DNA of 64,000 nt, taken from NCBI GenBank assembly GCA_051294905.1, contig CM119384.1, positions 1,860,001 to 1,924,000 of the forward strand, given 5' to 3'. The DNA comes from Botryllus schlosseri (lineage: Eukaryota). The translations under genes and the position numbers were made by a program. Shown one piece after another: positions 24,201 through 38,587 of this stretch (position 1 is the stretch's first letter; every line of letters begins with the position of its first letter). The notes beneath the pieces were generated by a model that saw nothing but the letters and a program-made list of their open reading frames with translations, was not told where the DNA came from and did no database searches.

Positions 24201-27200
24201 TACTATTCAATTGAAAAATTGTGGTTGTCTAATTGTCGAACAGATTCGGAAGGACATTAATGGCGACACATAGTGGAATTTAGTAGCAGATTTACTATAT
24301 TTTTGTTATTATAGAAGGTACAAATGACAAAATAACGCAAAACACAATTTACAAAAATTTGATGATTTATATAAACAGTTAATCACAAAATATGGTTCAC
24401 AGGGCTGATACATTGACCAGATTATAATGCGTGACTGAATTTGCAGCAGTTTCCATAAAAGCTCTAGAAATCGGACAATTTCAGATGTCTTAATTAGAGT
24501 GAAATGCCGGTACGGTAGTCTAATTTGTGAAATTTTTTTATGCTCTAAATTTAATTTTAATCTAATTTCTGGTTTTCCTGGAAATGCAACAGAGCGAAAC
24601 AAGCCAAGCTTACTGTACAAACATTTGTCATTCTTATGCTAATGAGAACTTGATTTTTGTTATATTTCTTTCTCATGCCGAATTTAATTAAATTTACAAG
24701 TTTCTGCGGATTCAGTAATTCTAATTCTAATCTAATTTGGAAAAAACTATAATTCTGATCTTATCGGGAAAAGCTCAAAATTTTCATATCATCTAATTTT
24801 GGAGTACAGAACCATTGGCGTGTGAACGCAATGGTTGAATTATTACCAGCTTGGATTTTCTGGTCCTCGCGAAAAGCCGTTTCGATCCCTTGATGTGCAA
24901 GTGTTCCGTGAGCCACCCTCTCATATTGAGCCATTCCACGGTTCTGGACGGCCGCAAAACCTCCGGCCTGTGCAGCAGGACCAGTACTTTCAGAGACCTG
25001 ACCGAGATACTCTCCAATTCCTTTTCGAGCTGAGAGAAATGACACAATGTTGACAAATATTCTATGAAAAAGGTTGAGTCGAATCAATTCCAGTGATTCC
25101 AATTTTAAATTTCTATTATAACAAATTTGGGTCAATTCCAACCAGTATAAGCAAAGTTCTTGTATAAAATTTTGGATTCGAATAAAATATTATTTACGAT
25201 GGCAATTTCTTTAATTACTTATTATAGATCCATCCACCATAAATACTATGATTTGAAATCCTGAATTTTGAACATCAATAACTTCTACTTCTATTGGTTG
25301 GAATTGAGCCAAATTTGTTGTGTATTGCTTTTCTTTCAGATAACCTAGCAATTTCACAGGGAAACCAATAAAATTTGAAAAATCTTCCGTATTAATTTAC
25401 TCAACTTACTTATTTCTTATATAGCAATGCCTCTACAGGTTGGAATCGAGCCAAAATTTGTGTGCAGCGTTTTTCAGGCCCCCAGGGATGCCTAAAACAA
25501 CGCTTCACATCAAATTTGGCTCGATTCCAACGAGTAGAAGTGATGTTATTGCAGTTGAAAAATTTGACTTCGAAAAAATAGTATTTACGGCGGCTAGTTT
25601 TAAAATTAAGAATCAAAGAATGTCCCGCCGTAAATACAATAATCGACTCCAAGAACTTTGCTTTTATGGGTTGGAATAGAGCCAAATTTGGTGCGCAACC
25701 AACCAATTTTATCAAGTAGCAAGTGGATTTTTGAAAAAAAGTTGTTTTTGAACAGCGCTATTGTACATTTGCAGGCAAGATTTTACCAATCAAACAGTTG
25801 TTTACCTCTCCAATTTCAGGCTCGCTGTCTCCGTTGCCCACAATAAGTATGGCGTCAGATTGCCGAATACACCTCTGCGTCCATGCGGTCATACGGTCGT
25901 CGGTTTGATAGAGTACAATACGATTTAAATCCTCTTGTTGATCCAGCCAACCCATCAGTCTGTACTCGTGAGAGCTTGAAAGTTTTCAGTATAAGAGCAT
26001 GCTACTTAAGTTTCTGTTATGTTCTTGATCTTGTTTGAATAAATGCACGAACATAACAGTTTCCAATGTTAACGAACATTTATTTTTAGGCAAACCTAAC
26101 AATTTAATCAGTGAATCCCTGGAATCCGGAAAAAAAGTTATTTTTGAACAGCCCCAATGGACAATGGTAAATTAGAGAAAGGTTAAAAAACACTATTTCC
26201 AAATTGAAGTGAAGGCAACATAGATTATATCAAGCATAAGCATTGATCATCATGTTGTTTGAATAGAAATCTGTTAATTTCTGCGTCTTGTCAGGTTTGT
26301 AGATAGTAGCGAATATCTCTCACCATACTAGGACTTTGATCCAGCGCGCTTAGAGGGTCAAAGGACATTTATGGTGAAACATAAGCGCCCCTTTTGTTGT
26401 TATCTTTGTTGTTATAGAAGGTAAAAATGACAAAACATCGCAAAAGACAACAATTTTCCGAAATTCCATGATCTACACAATAGGCTCAGACCATCAGATT
26501 CCCAAATCAGCAATTCTAATTCTAATCTAATTTCGAAAAAAAATGTGTAGCTATCATTCCGATTCTAATTTAAAAAAAAACTGTGTACAGTAGCTATAAT
26601 TCTAATTCTAATATAATGTGGAAAAGCTGAAAATTTTAAAGTTGGCCAACTCTGCCAGAATGATATGATGTCACTTTGAATCTCAATACATGTCAAATCA
26701 ACTTAACAAATTGCAGCTACATATCATAATTTGATTACGCATTAATCATCCCCTACCACTAACCTATCCATTGCACTTTGTCCAAGCCTTTTCTTTATGG
26801 TATCGCTGTTCAAATGTAGAACGCTGTCGCAGATGGCCGACAGAGCGTGTTCGAGTTCGATCGTAAATTTATCGATGGGAACGTAGCGATTTATTGGCAG
26901 TACCGCCACGGTCGATAAATTGGCCAAGTGATTCGAGACATCGCCGTATGCAATTTTTGCTGTAAAACAAAATTTCATTGATCGAAGTTTTTGCAATAAT
27001 TGATCATTGCAGAAGATAGGGAGACAAGGGGCGGACCATATGACTAATACGACGGAAAAAATGGGGAAATAGTTCGAAATAACTAGGGCTTGGCACTAGG
27101 ACTGTTCAAAAGTTAACATTTTTTTCAAATTTTACTGGCCCCTTGATAAAATTGTTAGGTTGCCTAAAATAACGATTCACAACAATTTTGGCCCAATTGC

Positions 27201-30200
27201 AACCTGTTATTCATATTCAAAATTTAGGATTTCCAATCATAGTATTTACGGTGGGTAGATCTACAATAAGTAATTAAAGAATTTGCCACCGTCAATACTA
27301 TTTTTGTCAAATCAAAAATTTTGTACTCAAACAACATTTTTAGACATTGGGGGTTTCAGTAAAATTTGAAATATATTTTTTCAATAAGTTAATAAGTTTC
27401 GCTTCTACAGGTTGGAATTGAGCCAATTTGGTGTGTAGTTTTTTTAGCCAACCTAACAATTATATTGAATAGTACAATTTGGAGAAAATTTATTTCAGAA
27501 CAACCCCAATCCAGAATATTGCCACAAATAGCACTGAAATAGGCGTCGTCAAAAATTACTGAAGAATCTTAAAGGTGATTTGAAAAGACGAACATACTTT
27601 CCTCGCCCATTTGCTGTTTATGAGTGAGAAGCTGTCCCGGGTGACTTTTGTCCGCGGCCCGGCTGGACAACATGTTGCCGACGAGCTTGTCGGACATCAA
27701 GGACACCAAGTGCGACACGACGCCTGGGTGGCGGCGCTGGAAAGGAAGAAATATATAGGTAATATATTCTCAATTGCAAAATGGAGGTTAAAGGTTTGCC
27801 CATGAATTAGAGAAATGAAACCGAAAATTTTGAACCGATTTAGAAATTAAGTTCATGTTGAGTAATATATTCATATTGAAATGAACCCGAATATTTACAT
27901 CTGACACTCGACAGGGGTAAATGTCAGCTGAAAATATTAGGGTTTAATTCAATATGAATATACTATGCAATTGTATATTAAAGTTCTGTACCACAAAAAA
28001 GCTCTTCAAATATTATCAATATTATCAAAACAACTGTTTTACAATACCCTAATGTGTTTCAGCAATCCTTCCGGAATCTTTGCCAGTTCAGTATCACGCA
28101 CAGCCAGCATAGCAGAAGACCTGTTCGTTCCCCGCAAAGCCTCCATCTGTATAACAGACTATTTTAGCGGCCATCACACGATAAATTGAATACCACAAAC
28201 TACCATTCCGACTATTTCTCCTCGTCCGTATTCAGAAACGAGTTCCTTTCTGCCGTCGACGCGTTCGTACACAGACCGTAGCCTACCGTGCAGTACGATA
28301 TACATACAGTCACTTGACGTGTCTTGTCTGTAGTGCAGGTGTGGGCGATTAGTTTTCTCAAAGGTCCAAACGTACACGATATTGTGTCAGACCAGGCCAG
28401 ATGTGTAAAAAATATTCTACATTTCGGAATAACATATGTCCTCTTATTTGAAGAACTGTAAATTGTCACCCGAGGACGCCAAAATTTCCTCTTTTTTCGC
28501 AATTTGTCCTCTTTTCATATCTTTGAGAGTTGGCGGATTGCACAAAGACAGCTAGAAAATGTCATAACAAACGTGAAAACTGGACATTTAGTGAGAAATT
28601 TACAATGATTTTGGGAGTCGAGTCGGAAAAATGACCTTTTTTTCTTAGTCTACCCAATAACATTAGCCGTAAAAATCTCACTATCATCCGTTTTCTTGCC
28701 CGCTATTGTAAGTTCTCAAAATATGGGAACACTACTATATTACTATATTAATGAGTGTCGCCAAAAATATTCAGGTATATTTCATAATGAATATATTGTA
28801 TTCGCTTCTCTAATAATGCAACATCAATTATTATCCACAAACCTATACAAGGCCTTGCCGGCTTCGACTTTGGTCCAGTCCAGGGCGAAATCGATCTGCC
28901 TCGTAAAAGGACTGGCCCTCTGCACCACAGTGTGAGCGGTGTTGAGCACCATATGTGGATAGTGACGCATCACGCTGTTAAATAATTAGAGCTTCAAAAT
29001 GAATTGGCAAGGCAAAATATCCCATCGCACAAACCTGTAATAATCTTGCCGCCGAAGTTTGGCCAGCACCGAATGTTGAAGCGCGCACACAGAGAAAAAT
29101 GAAGGTTCTCCGGTCAGCACCGCCAACTGACCGGTCAACATCCCCGGGCGGATGTGGAATAGAGTGACCTGAATTTATTTTTTTTCAAATGGATAGTTGA
29201 TTTTTGCCAATTTTCGTGTGAATAAAAATAAATAGGGATGCTAAGAGACCAGACTTGTACGAACTACTGAATTTTCAAAAAGCGCAACTAAAGTAAAACT
29301 TGAGCTACGCAATTTTTAAAACTCGCAACTATAACAACAACTACTGAATTTTCAAAATCTGCAACTAGAACTAGAACTACTCACTTTTCAATAGCCGCAA
29401 CTTGAACTAGCACTATGGCACTGAATTTTCGAAATCTTCAGCTAGAACTAGTACTACTGAATTTTCAAAATCTGCAACTAGAACTAAAACTACTTACTTT
29501 TCAATATCCGCAACTAAACCTAGAACTACTTAAAAAGGTTTTTCGAGTACTGAAATTATACGCTACTTGCCACTAAGACTATATTTATCAACGGAAATTA
29601 TAGTTTCGATATTATTTTCCATTGTATAAGCCTTGAAACCTCAATTGGTTGTATCACATCATACCAAAATGTAGTACAAATATCATGTCTGTACCTATAA
29701 ACATACATGTAAAATATGCAATAGATATTAGGTTATATTACGTCTTGCCATTCTTCCGTCAAATTAGGCAACTGCATGGCTTGGAAGATCTTCAGCGCGC
29801 CGTAGACCACAAAATACAAACACACGTCCTGGTCGCCTTCTTGAATGAGCTGGCAGCCTTGAGGAACCTGCAATGCGATAATTACTGTTGTCATAACGCA
29901 GGAAACTACTACAGATACTCCGCAGTATGGCTTTTCTCGATTTTTTTTCTTCAAATTTTACTGGCTGCTTGATAAAACTGTTTGGTTGCCTAAAAATACA
30001 CTGCACACCAATTTTGGCTCAATTCTAACCTATAGAAGCATTTTTATATTAGAAAAATTTTGGGGATATATTTGATAAAATGAATATTTTTTTTCAAATT
30101 TTACAGGTTACCCCGGGAAATTGCTAGGTTTTCTGAAAAAAAACGGTGCACAAGTTTGGCTCAATTCCAACCCGTAATTTCGCGCAATATCAACTTGTAT

Positions 30201-33200
30201 TTACATGTCCAGACACTCATGCTCCCCATAAATAATCATACTTCCATCCTTAAGCCATAAAAGATAAACTTACTTATTTACAAATACAATATCACGAACG
30301 GAGAAAACCAGTTGAAAATGAAGCCAATCAGCTTACGAACAACATAAAAATTTGATAAAATTGCTAACTAAATATCTAAACAGCCTAATATTTTAGAGCC
30401 AAGGAATATCTCATTACTGAAATCTCTGCTAATGCGAGTAGTATAAAAATAGCCAAATCAAGAAAAATGAGCAATATTCTCACACTGAGAAGCACCACTT
30501 TATCTTTTAATATATCTTTGTCATCGATACCAAACAATTGCAACATGTCTTGGAGCGCCAGGTCCAGGATTTCAGGTTCGTCCAACCGAACAATCTGTGA
30601 AACAAGGTCAAATAACTCAAATGTAATCATAATATCTATCAGGCCTAGTTATTAAGCTATGCAATGAGTAATGAGGAAGTGGCACCTTCCTTAAAGCCTT
30701 ATTAGACTATTAGTCACTCTTTGAGTAACTTTGATCTGCTATAATAGGCCTACTACTTAAAACTAGGTAATAATATGAAAAAGTGTCAAAATTACTAGCA
30801 TTACATCGTCGAGTATGTGTTAAACATAATATAAGCTGTATAAATTTGCCACAGTAAATATTTCATTGAATAATAATTTATATTCATATTGAAATAAATT
30901 ATAGATGCAATGTTCTTTTTAATCCTCTACTAGTGGTTGAATATTACCCCTGACGGTTGTCAGCCGAAAATATTCAGGTTGATTTCAACGTGAATATAGT
31001 ATTAAACTGTGTATTTCCTGTAAGAGTCTTGTCAGTGAATATTCAGTTCTAAAACAAGTGTGGAATTCGCGTGACAGAACCATTACATAGCTGTTTCATG
31101 ACGAAGGCTTCATAAAAACCAATCAGAGGTCATGTGTGACTCCATGACTGCGAATTTAACCCAATACATCCCACACTCACATCAAGATGAGTCAAAAGAC
31201 CATAATCAGACATAGCAGCGTGGGCGAAAAGTAACATTACAATCAGTAAATCACAATACTGCCTTCATGAAAATGAAAGGCTTGTCAGATAGGTATTGAT
31301 TTCCGAGTACATAATGGGAGATTTGTAGAACAAAGAACGGGGAATGCAAATTCAAAGATAAGAAACGTATAACTCGGCTCAAAATCTCAGAAATGCAAAT
31401 ATGCTGACACAAGTTTCGCTGTGGGGAGTATGCCATTATAGAGGAAATATACTCACATATTGGCTGTCTCGTTCGCCGATGCTCTCCTGCGAAATATGGC
31501 GTCTCCTAGGAATGGATGTAGATGCGCTACGCGCTCTAGGAGATGACAGCAATTCAAGCTGAAAATGCCAGAATATTTGAAGTGAAAAAAAGTTATCAAT
31601 ATGCTAAAATTTTTCGACTGAGCCCTAACTTACCTCTTCTTCATTTTCATCTGCGGCGGCCTTCAATATTTTAATCAATTCTTCTTGTTTCTTTCGAGAC
31701 GGGGGCAGACTGGCTTGCCTTGAAAAAATCAAAATACTGAATTGTATAATGTTTCAAAAATATATCGAGCTAGAAAGTTGGAAAACCGATATTCATCATG
31801 TTGCGAATTTTAATACTGAAGTATTATCAAGTGCAATATTCATGTACATAATTGAACCAATCAGTCTCTGATGATTATTATTTAAATCAAATATTCGGCT
31901 TTCAAAGAACATATTACTAACTCATTTATTGAAGCTCTACATTTTAATGACTGCGATCATTAAGTTCGCTTATCCACGAGAATGCTAATCGTCTGATTAA
32001 AACTGTTAATCGCGACGCATAAATTTGGATAATATTTTACGCGAGGATAATCTCGAGTCATCTGGTGAAACTTTTAATCCGTGATTAACAATTTTTAATC
32101 ACACAATTAGCATTCTCCCGGATACGCTAGCTTTATGCTAGTTTTATGCTCTTCGCACTGAGTCTTTTCAAATATACACTTAGTCAGCGATTAATCGGTT
32201 TTTCATTACACGTACCGAGCGTTTTCGCCGTCTTTGTGTTTCATTGCAGTTTCGGAATCTTCAAATCGTATTTTTTTGAACTTTTCCTGCTACAACATAT
32301 TTACAAATTGACTACCTCGCATAATATTGCAATCCGACAGCAACATTCAATAACAGTCGCAAGCTCAACCGCAAGCCAGTTGACCGATGGGAGTTAATAT
32401 CAAATCAACAATACAAAAGTCTTACATCGACATCCGTAAGTATTGGACAAGTCTGCACTCTCGTCAAAAACTCCTTGACACCAGAACTTCTTTCCCTAAA
32501 CAATAGAACATTACAATATTCTTAATCGGACAATCGAGCAGGATGTTATTAGTGGAAAACGCATATCAATCACAGAACAGCACTAACTGTAGAAATGCAG
32601 AATCCACCGTGTCTTCGCTGCCGAGATCTACCACCGATGGCCCCATATCTTGGGACGTGGAACTAACATCGACATTCAAGGACTCTTTGGACTGAAGCAA
32701 CTTGCTCACGGACAGAATACGGCCGTCTCCACTTTTGCCCTAGAAATGGAAAATAAAAAATGTAACAGCATCCATGAATTCTAATTTTTTTACCACATTT
32801 AACTGATTACTTGATAAAATTGTTAGGTTGACTAAAATATGATGCATACCAAATTTGGCTCTATTCCAACCTGTAGAAGCATTGCTATAACAGAAGAGAG
32901 TTTTGGATTTAATAAATAAATAAAAAAATACCTATTTTTCAAATTTTACTGGGTAGCCTACCCTATGGAATTGTTACATTGTGAAGAAAAATGATGTATG
33001 TAAAATTTGGCTGCAGAAGCGAAGTTATTGCAGTAAAAAATTCGGGATTTAAAAGAATAGTATTTACGGTTTATAAAATTAGCCACCGTAAATACTATTT
33101 TTTCAAATCCACAATTTTCTACAAAAAAATTTGAAAAAAGTCATAGTTGAACAGCCCTATCGTATACTTACTGCTCTTAGCAATTCGTGAGACAATCCCA

Positions 33201-36200
33201 AGTAATTGTGAAGTGCCAGGAACGTCACGCGCTGCATTCTTGTCATTATTACCTGCAAAGCAAGCATTTTAAACAGATATAAACAATTAGAAACATCTTT
33301 AATATCAATCCTTAACCCTAACCTAACCGTAAATTCGACCCTAACACACATGCCCATGTGTATACCTGGACACTTACCTGGACCATTTGCACTAGCGCGT
33401 CTTGCCTGTTTTCAAAGGACTCGCTGAACGCCTGAACAGGTAACCTTGAAAAAAATCATCGGTTGGGAACAACGAAATCACTGGTCACACCAATTACGAT
33501 ACCTTATCACAGTGGAATCTTTGACGGCGCGGGCATAAACAGTTTTGTAAGGGGCCGCGTGGCCCGTCAGCACGTCGAGAATACTGAAAAGACTGTGAAG
33601 GCTTTCTCCGGCAGTGAACTCGCTTAGTTTGTACTGAAACACAAGGTATATATGACGTGATTATGGTTTGGAGATTCAAGTCATTTTGAAATTGTATTCC
33701 GAGTCTTGGCCTGATTCGGTTTTACCGCTTTAAAATTGTGGGATTATTCAGGACCAGGCAAAATGATACTCGAATCTGAATAATGCTTAACAGTGTAAAT
33801 CCGCCATGTGTTGGCGTGACTCAAACCCGGTGACATCCAAGATATCCATCCAAAACATATATCAAAAATATGAGCCTGCATACACGCATGCCACTTCCTA
33901 ATATGACACGGTCATAGGTTACAATCAAGCCTCTTGAATAAGCTAAGTTAGAAAAATGGCATACATAAGTTTTTAATCACATTTACGCTGAAATATATAA
34001 GTAAATATCAAGACCCAGTTTACCTCCCGTTCGTCCTCAGAAATGTAAAGGTTCACTTGTCCGTCTTGTATCACATACATGTACTCGTCAGGGTCGCCGA
34101 TATGAAACAGATATTTATCTTTTTCAATTTTTAAAATCTCCATGTGACGACATAGCTGCAGAAAAATTCCTTTTTCAAAATGACCGAAAACCCTAAAGAA
34201 AGACAATAGCCGTTGTGAAACACTTTTCATTATTTTTCAAATATCATTAAAATTGATTGTCAATTAGTGTTACAAATAACCGTAATGTATATATCGTCGC
34301 GATGGAATCAAAGCAAAAGTAGCTTGTATCCATTTTTCATGTTATAATATCAATTTTTAAAACTTATAGAAAATCAAGTTTTTTGCAAAATTGTAATTTT
34401 TTCGGTCATGTTTACGTTTGTCACGTTGTTTCAAAGTTAATCATGACCCAGATATGGCTAAAAATAAATGAAAACTTTACATAGAGTTAATTTACTCAAA
34501 ATGTGAAAATGGATAAGCTACCGTACATTGCGACGATATATTTTAACCTCAAACTGTGACATGCAATCTACATTTATGGCTACTTTTAACCATTACAATT
34601 ATATATGAACAGGAATCACGCATAGAACAGCAAGCGACTGTTACCTGTGCGTAAGTAGATCGAATTATAAATTCATACAACCATCATATTACGTTATACA
34701 GAGTGACACTTCCACTATACGGAAGTAGGTTACAAGCGATATTATATTCCCAGTAAACATGATTACTCTCAAGGAATCACACCTGAAAAATATACAAAAG
34801 CAAGCAACTGCTACCTGTGCTTGATCGAATTATAAATTCATACAACAGCCAAAATGTTATATTGTAGTAACACTTACATTGCGGATGTTCGAATTATAAA
34901 TTCACAGCCAAAATGTTATATTGTAGTAACACTTACATTGCTATGTCATTAACAAGCGATATTATATTCCCAATATAAAGCTGTGATCGAGCTAGACACA
35001 ATCTACATGCACCACACTCACTTCACGCTCTGAAGCAGGTACATGACCTCTTCCGGTAAATTAGGTTTCTGGCCTTCCATTAAATCTGCTTCCAAGACCG
35101 AGGAAGGCATTTCCTTTTTGAGCAATTTCGGAGGCTCCTGTTTCACTTGAAACATCCTGTTAATGTGAAATTTCTTGTTAACCACAACGAGCGTGACTAG
35201 GTGTGCACATTGGCGGCTGTTACCAAAATTTACAAGCACTGAATTTAAATTCGCAGTTGATTTATGACACCAATTCATTCGGAATCGTAATTAGACTGTA
35301 AACATTCATAACGTATTAAATAAGACAACACAAGAACATAATAGCCTACTTGTTTACCAAAGAGTTTCTTGAAGATGCAGACCTTCAATATACAATTGAA
35401 TCTTATATTTATGTTGAAATGAGCCCGAATATTTTGGGCTGACACTCGTCAGGGGTAATCGTCAGCAACTAGTAGAGAATCAGAAAGAACATTGTATATC
35501 AACAATCGTATCACGAAATATGATGTCACCGGCATGAAATTTCGAATAATCGGGGGCTAAGAGAGCGAATAAGCTCTCCTTTGCATTTCGCGAAATACTT
35601 CATAAATGTTGTAGTGAGAAGTCGTATGAAAAATAGAAAAAAGTTGCAATATAAAATCTCTGCAAACAGGTTAAAACATCATACTGCATAAATTTTAAGC
35701 ATTTAGGACGCTGCCAGAAGCTGTAAAAAAAGTTGCAAAAACTTACCCTAATCATTATGGTACTGCCCTGTACCTACCGTGGGCCAGAAATGCATATCAA
35801 ACGTAAAATACTGGGTAAAATCTTCAAATCACCCTACTTCCTCGCATAGGCCTAATACAGACATCAACTTCTCTCAAGACATAGCACACGTTCCATTTAC
35901 AACCAATTTATAGCGTCCCACAATCCAAACTTTGATACATGAATACATAATGAGTCACTGCTGCAGTGTTTTGTACACAAAAATTACTCTGTACACTCAC
36001 AAAACAATGTTGGAACGCAATTTCCAATCAATTAGAATTCCTCATTCATGGGGTCAAGTGAACTCAGTTTACCTTACAAAAGGTTTTGATAAGAAGAGAG
36101 GCAAAGAACTTCAATTGTACATGGAACTTAATCAGATAGCTACATCGCAACTACAAAGAAATACCCCTATCATCAAGAGCTAATCATACACGAATATCTA

Positions 36201-38587
36201 GTATTTAAGAGTGATGGAGAAAACACAAAAAGAAGCTACAATATTGTGTACATATGTGAGCTTAAATTTTCTTGGTACAAGCTGATAACACGCGAGATAT
36301 ATTTTTCAGCTTGACATCATCCAAAATGCGAATTCACAGTCTTTTTATAGGCATAGCCCGATTAAAATTATAACTTCTCCATAACACCACATATCTTATT
36401 TGAATTGAATAGTATATTCATATTGAAATAAACCCGAATATTTTCGGCTGACACTCGTGAGGGGTAATCGTCAGCAACTAGTAGAGAATTGGAAAGAACA
36501 TTGTATATCAACAATCATATCACAAAATATGACGTCACCAGCATGAAATTTCAAATGAAAGAGCGTTCATTGATATTTTGTGATACTATTGTTGATATAC
36601 AATGTTCTTTCCAATTCTCTATTAGTTGCTGATGATTACCCCTGACGAGTGTCAGCCGAAAATATTCGGGTTCATTTCAATATGAATATACTATTCAATT
36701 GTATATTGAAGTTCTGTACCTCTAAGAAGCTCTTCAAATATCTTATTTGTTCATCTGGTGAGATCGGAAAACCTCAACAAGTGTGCTGATGGCAATTTCC
36801 ACAGAAGATGTACTAACCTTTTTGCCAAGATCAGCATTCTCTCTCTTTTGCGGAGTCTGCGGCCGGATCGACTGTATTCGGGAATCACCACGCCTTGTTT
36901 TATGGCCGAGGCCCTTTGCTGAAGCTGTGACGCCGCGTGCTTTCCCTGAATGTTATTTCAGATTGTAAAAATGGAAAAAAAAATTAACATATCACCGCAG
37001 ATAATAATCAGAGGTGGACAAATTGTTGAGTTGACTACAAAAATGATGCAAAGCAAATTTTAAAAAATTCCGACACGTAGAAGCAAAGTTATTTGAGTTT
37101 TTCATTCATAATTCTGGGATTACCCAACCGCCACTTAAAAAAAGAAAATGTAGTTTTGCCAAAAAACTGTTTAAGTATAAATGGAAGTGATCAAAAACAT
37201 AATCACTGGAGCCAGTCAACAAAACCTACTTGAATACGAAAATCACCATTATGATAAGTGAAAATTATGGTTATTGTGCAATTGTATAGCTTAGACACTA
37301 CAATTAGGCTACAAAATGATTGCGAAACTGTCAAACCTTTCTCAAAACTTTTTGAGCGAAAAATCGAACTTTGTCTCTCTTTCGGAATCGCGGCTGATGA
37401 TTTTGTTCCAATTCCGGGATCCTGATGGCTGTAAAAACAAACAAAAAATCTCTAGGATACACAATTACACATCTAACATCATGTTGTTGAATATCTTTGT
37501 TTTGGCATGCATGTCGAGATGTGACGGCGCTAAAAACCAATACGATTGATACGATTGTTGATATACAATTTTTGTCCTATTCTCTACTAGTTGCTGCTGA
37601 TTGCTCCTGACGAGTGTCAGCCGAAAATTGTTCGGGCTTATTTCAGTATCAGTATATAATGCACAACCAGTGTGCTATAATGTGCTGTTGCCATTTTGAA
37701 TGCTTGGAATTGCTTGGAATGGATATTTCAAGATTTGACCAAGCCTGTCCTTTGCTGTTACTGAGTATAGGAGTCTATCAGTCGCATTGCGAATTTCTGA
37801 GGAAACCTGAATGTCTCTGCCAGTTGTGCAGTGAAGATGGTATCACAATGTTACTTGAAGGCCTGATTTCGTTGTGATATTGCGCATCCACGATTTATAT
37901 CAATTAAAAGTGAGAGCAAGAGCTTGATTATGTAGGACACGATGATTCAACGCCCACAATGTACTCGGCATAGTAATCGGGCAATATCTTGGTGAAATTT
38001 TAAGACACGCCATTGAAAATGCAGAGAAGCTCAAATTCCAGGCAATAACACCTTACAAAAATCAAATACAGTTCATACCAGGTCTAATTACATTCTCATG
38101 AGCATGATAATGGAAAATGTCAGGACATCTAACTTGCCTCGTTTCGCAGTTTTTCGGTGTTTTGAAATGATGAAAATATTAATAAACTGATACTGATACT
38201 ATGGGCTACATTTATCGTGTAGCATTTCAGGAAAACCAGAAACTATATTCGACTGAAAATTAGAACATAGAAACATTTCAAAAATTAGATTAACGACATT
38301 TTGCTCTAATTTGTCTAACTAGGCAACTAGAATTATCTAACCGTCCTAGTCTGGGTCAAAGAAGATCAGGGTTCCTTCGTTCTGAGAAGACGCAACGGCT
38401 TACCTGCGTGTTTCATTCGAAAGAAGAGACGATGCAGTACCGTTAGAAAGACTACGATCGTCGTCGCGCTTGCGGTCAGCAAAACCCCGGTCTGAACATT
38501 AGCGACAAGTAAATGGAGAAACTGCGCAAGCTGGTAGGAAGCAAACACCAAAAATACGTTCCATACAAACAATAATTTACGAGACAT
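12292..38587 (-). CDS. PNPLA6/7: Neuropathy target esterase / swiss cheese (patatin-like phospholipase with cNMP-binding domains), 33 coding exons, about 1418 aa
   Basis: Hand-assembled GT-AG exons, all phase-consistent, total 4257 nt: 38587-38404, 37428-37337, 36945-36818, 35156-35022, 34192-34024, 33633-33503, 33444-33378, 33252-33172, 32739-32588, 32495-32426, 32289-32216, 31718-31634, 31558-31457, 30594-30484, 29867-29742, 29168-29035, 28974-28843, 28327-28204, 28146-28048, 27736-27598, 26959-26764, 25974-25806, 25029-24847, 23857-23695, 23374-23145, 22665-22596, [22129-22013 or 20195-20079], 19741-19590, 18714-18578, 17832-17664, 17596-17515, 12962-12874, 12456-12292. Shows an N-terminal TM segment, [38 protein letters not shown] and DG(G/C). 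The true 5' end may lie further upstream. Confidence 0.95.
13570..14130. repeat. Local duplication, second copy at about 16470-17000, including a GACTCGAGTC-type MITE
   Basis: Colinear near-identity starting TCTTATCTG.CAAGATTTGCTCAATAAT at about 13576 and 16480; both copies are in PNPLA6/7 intron 31. Confidence 0.75.
14424..15786. mobile_element. Non-autonomous hAT element (1363 bp)
   Basis: Perfect TIR CAGTGGTTCCCAAC and perfect 8-bp TSD TTATAAGG. Subterminal CGCCCCC repeats and an internal 27-bp tandem duplication at about 14596-14652. Confidence 0.9.
17927..18384. mobile_element. hAT-type MITE with GACTCGAGTC internal repeats
   Basis: Ends CAAGGCTGTAAT and TTACAACCCTG, TSD GGCAAATC/GGCAAAAC (7/8). 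Family copies at about 13848-14250, 16759-17470, 18851-19348, 53600-54120 and 56440-56580. Confidence 0.75.
18851..19348. mobile_element. GACTCGAGTC-family MITE
   Basis: TIR CAGGGTTGTAA at 18851 and TTACAACCCTG ending at 19348; no TSD match. Confidence 0.7.
20079..20195 (-). CDS. PNPLA6/7: PNPLA6/7 alternative exon 27b (canonical DGG catalytic exon)
   Basis: tttgtag|GT...CCA G|gtggga; 117 nt, phase 1-1. Translates [39 protein letters not shown], nearly identical to the vertebrate NTE segment. Confidence 0.93.
20429..22571 (-). promoter_or_regulatory. Cluster of six sense-strand TGCATG (Rbfox) splicing motifs
   Basis: Plus-strand CATGCA at 20429, 20873, 21518, 21653, 22186 and 22566, flanking exons 27a and 27b. 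Confidence 0.6.
22013..22129 (-). CDS. PNPLA6/7: PNPLA6/7 alternative exon 27a (variant DGC catalytic exon)
   Basis: atgtgcag|GA...CCA G|gtgcat; 117 nt, phase 1-1. Translates [39 protein letters not shown] with no stop or indel. Confidence 0.88.
23570..33160. repeat. Fragmented repeat family with terminus TAGGG(C/T)TGTTCAAAA and core AGGTTGGAAT(C/T)GAGCCAAATTTGG
   Basis: Pieces at about 23570-23690, 24290-24780, 25260-25800, 26080-26660, 27100-27510, 29940-30180 and 32780-33160; also 6060-6420, 7978-8150 and 63640-63730. The span given is the intronic cluster, not one element. Confidence 0.6.
34630..34975. repeat. Local tandem duplications in PNPLA6/7 intron 4
   Basis: CGAATTATAAATTCA occurs three times and CAGCCAAAATGTTATATTGTAGTAACACTTACATTGC twice in direct orientation. 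Confidence 0.7.
36403..36700. mobile_element. Palindromic ~300 bp MITE (full copy)
   Basis: Arms of about 125 bp (AATTGAATAGTATATTCATATTGAAAT...CCCGAATATTTTCGGCTGACACTCGT.AGGGGTAATCGTCAGCAACTAGTAGAGAATTGGAAAGAACATTG) are near-perfect reverse complements. Other full or half copies at about 23957-24212, 27870-27970, 30870-31000, 35400-35550, 37540-37650 and 40410-40620. Confidence 0.8.
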
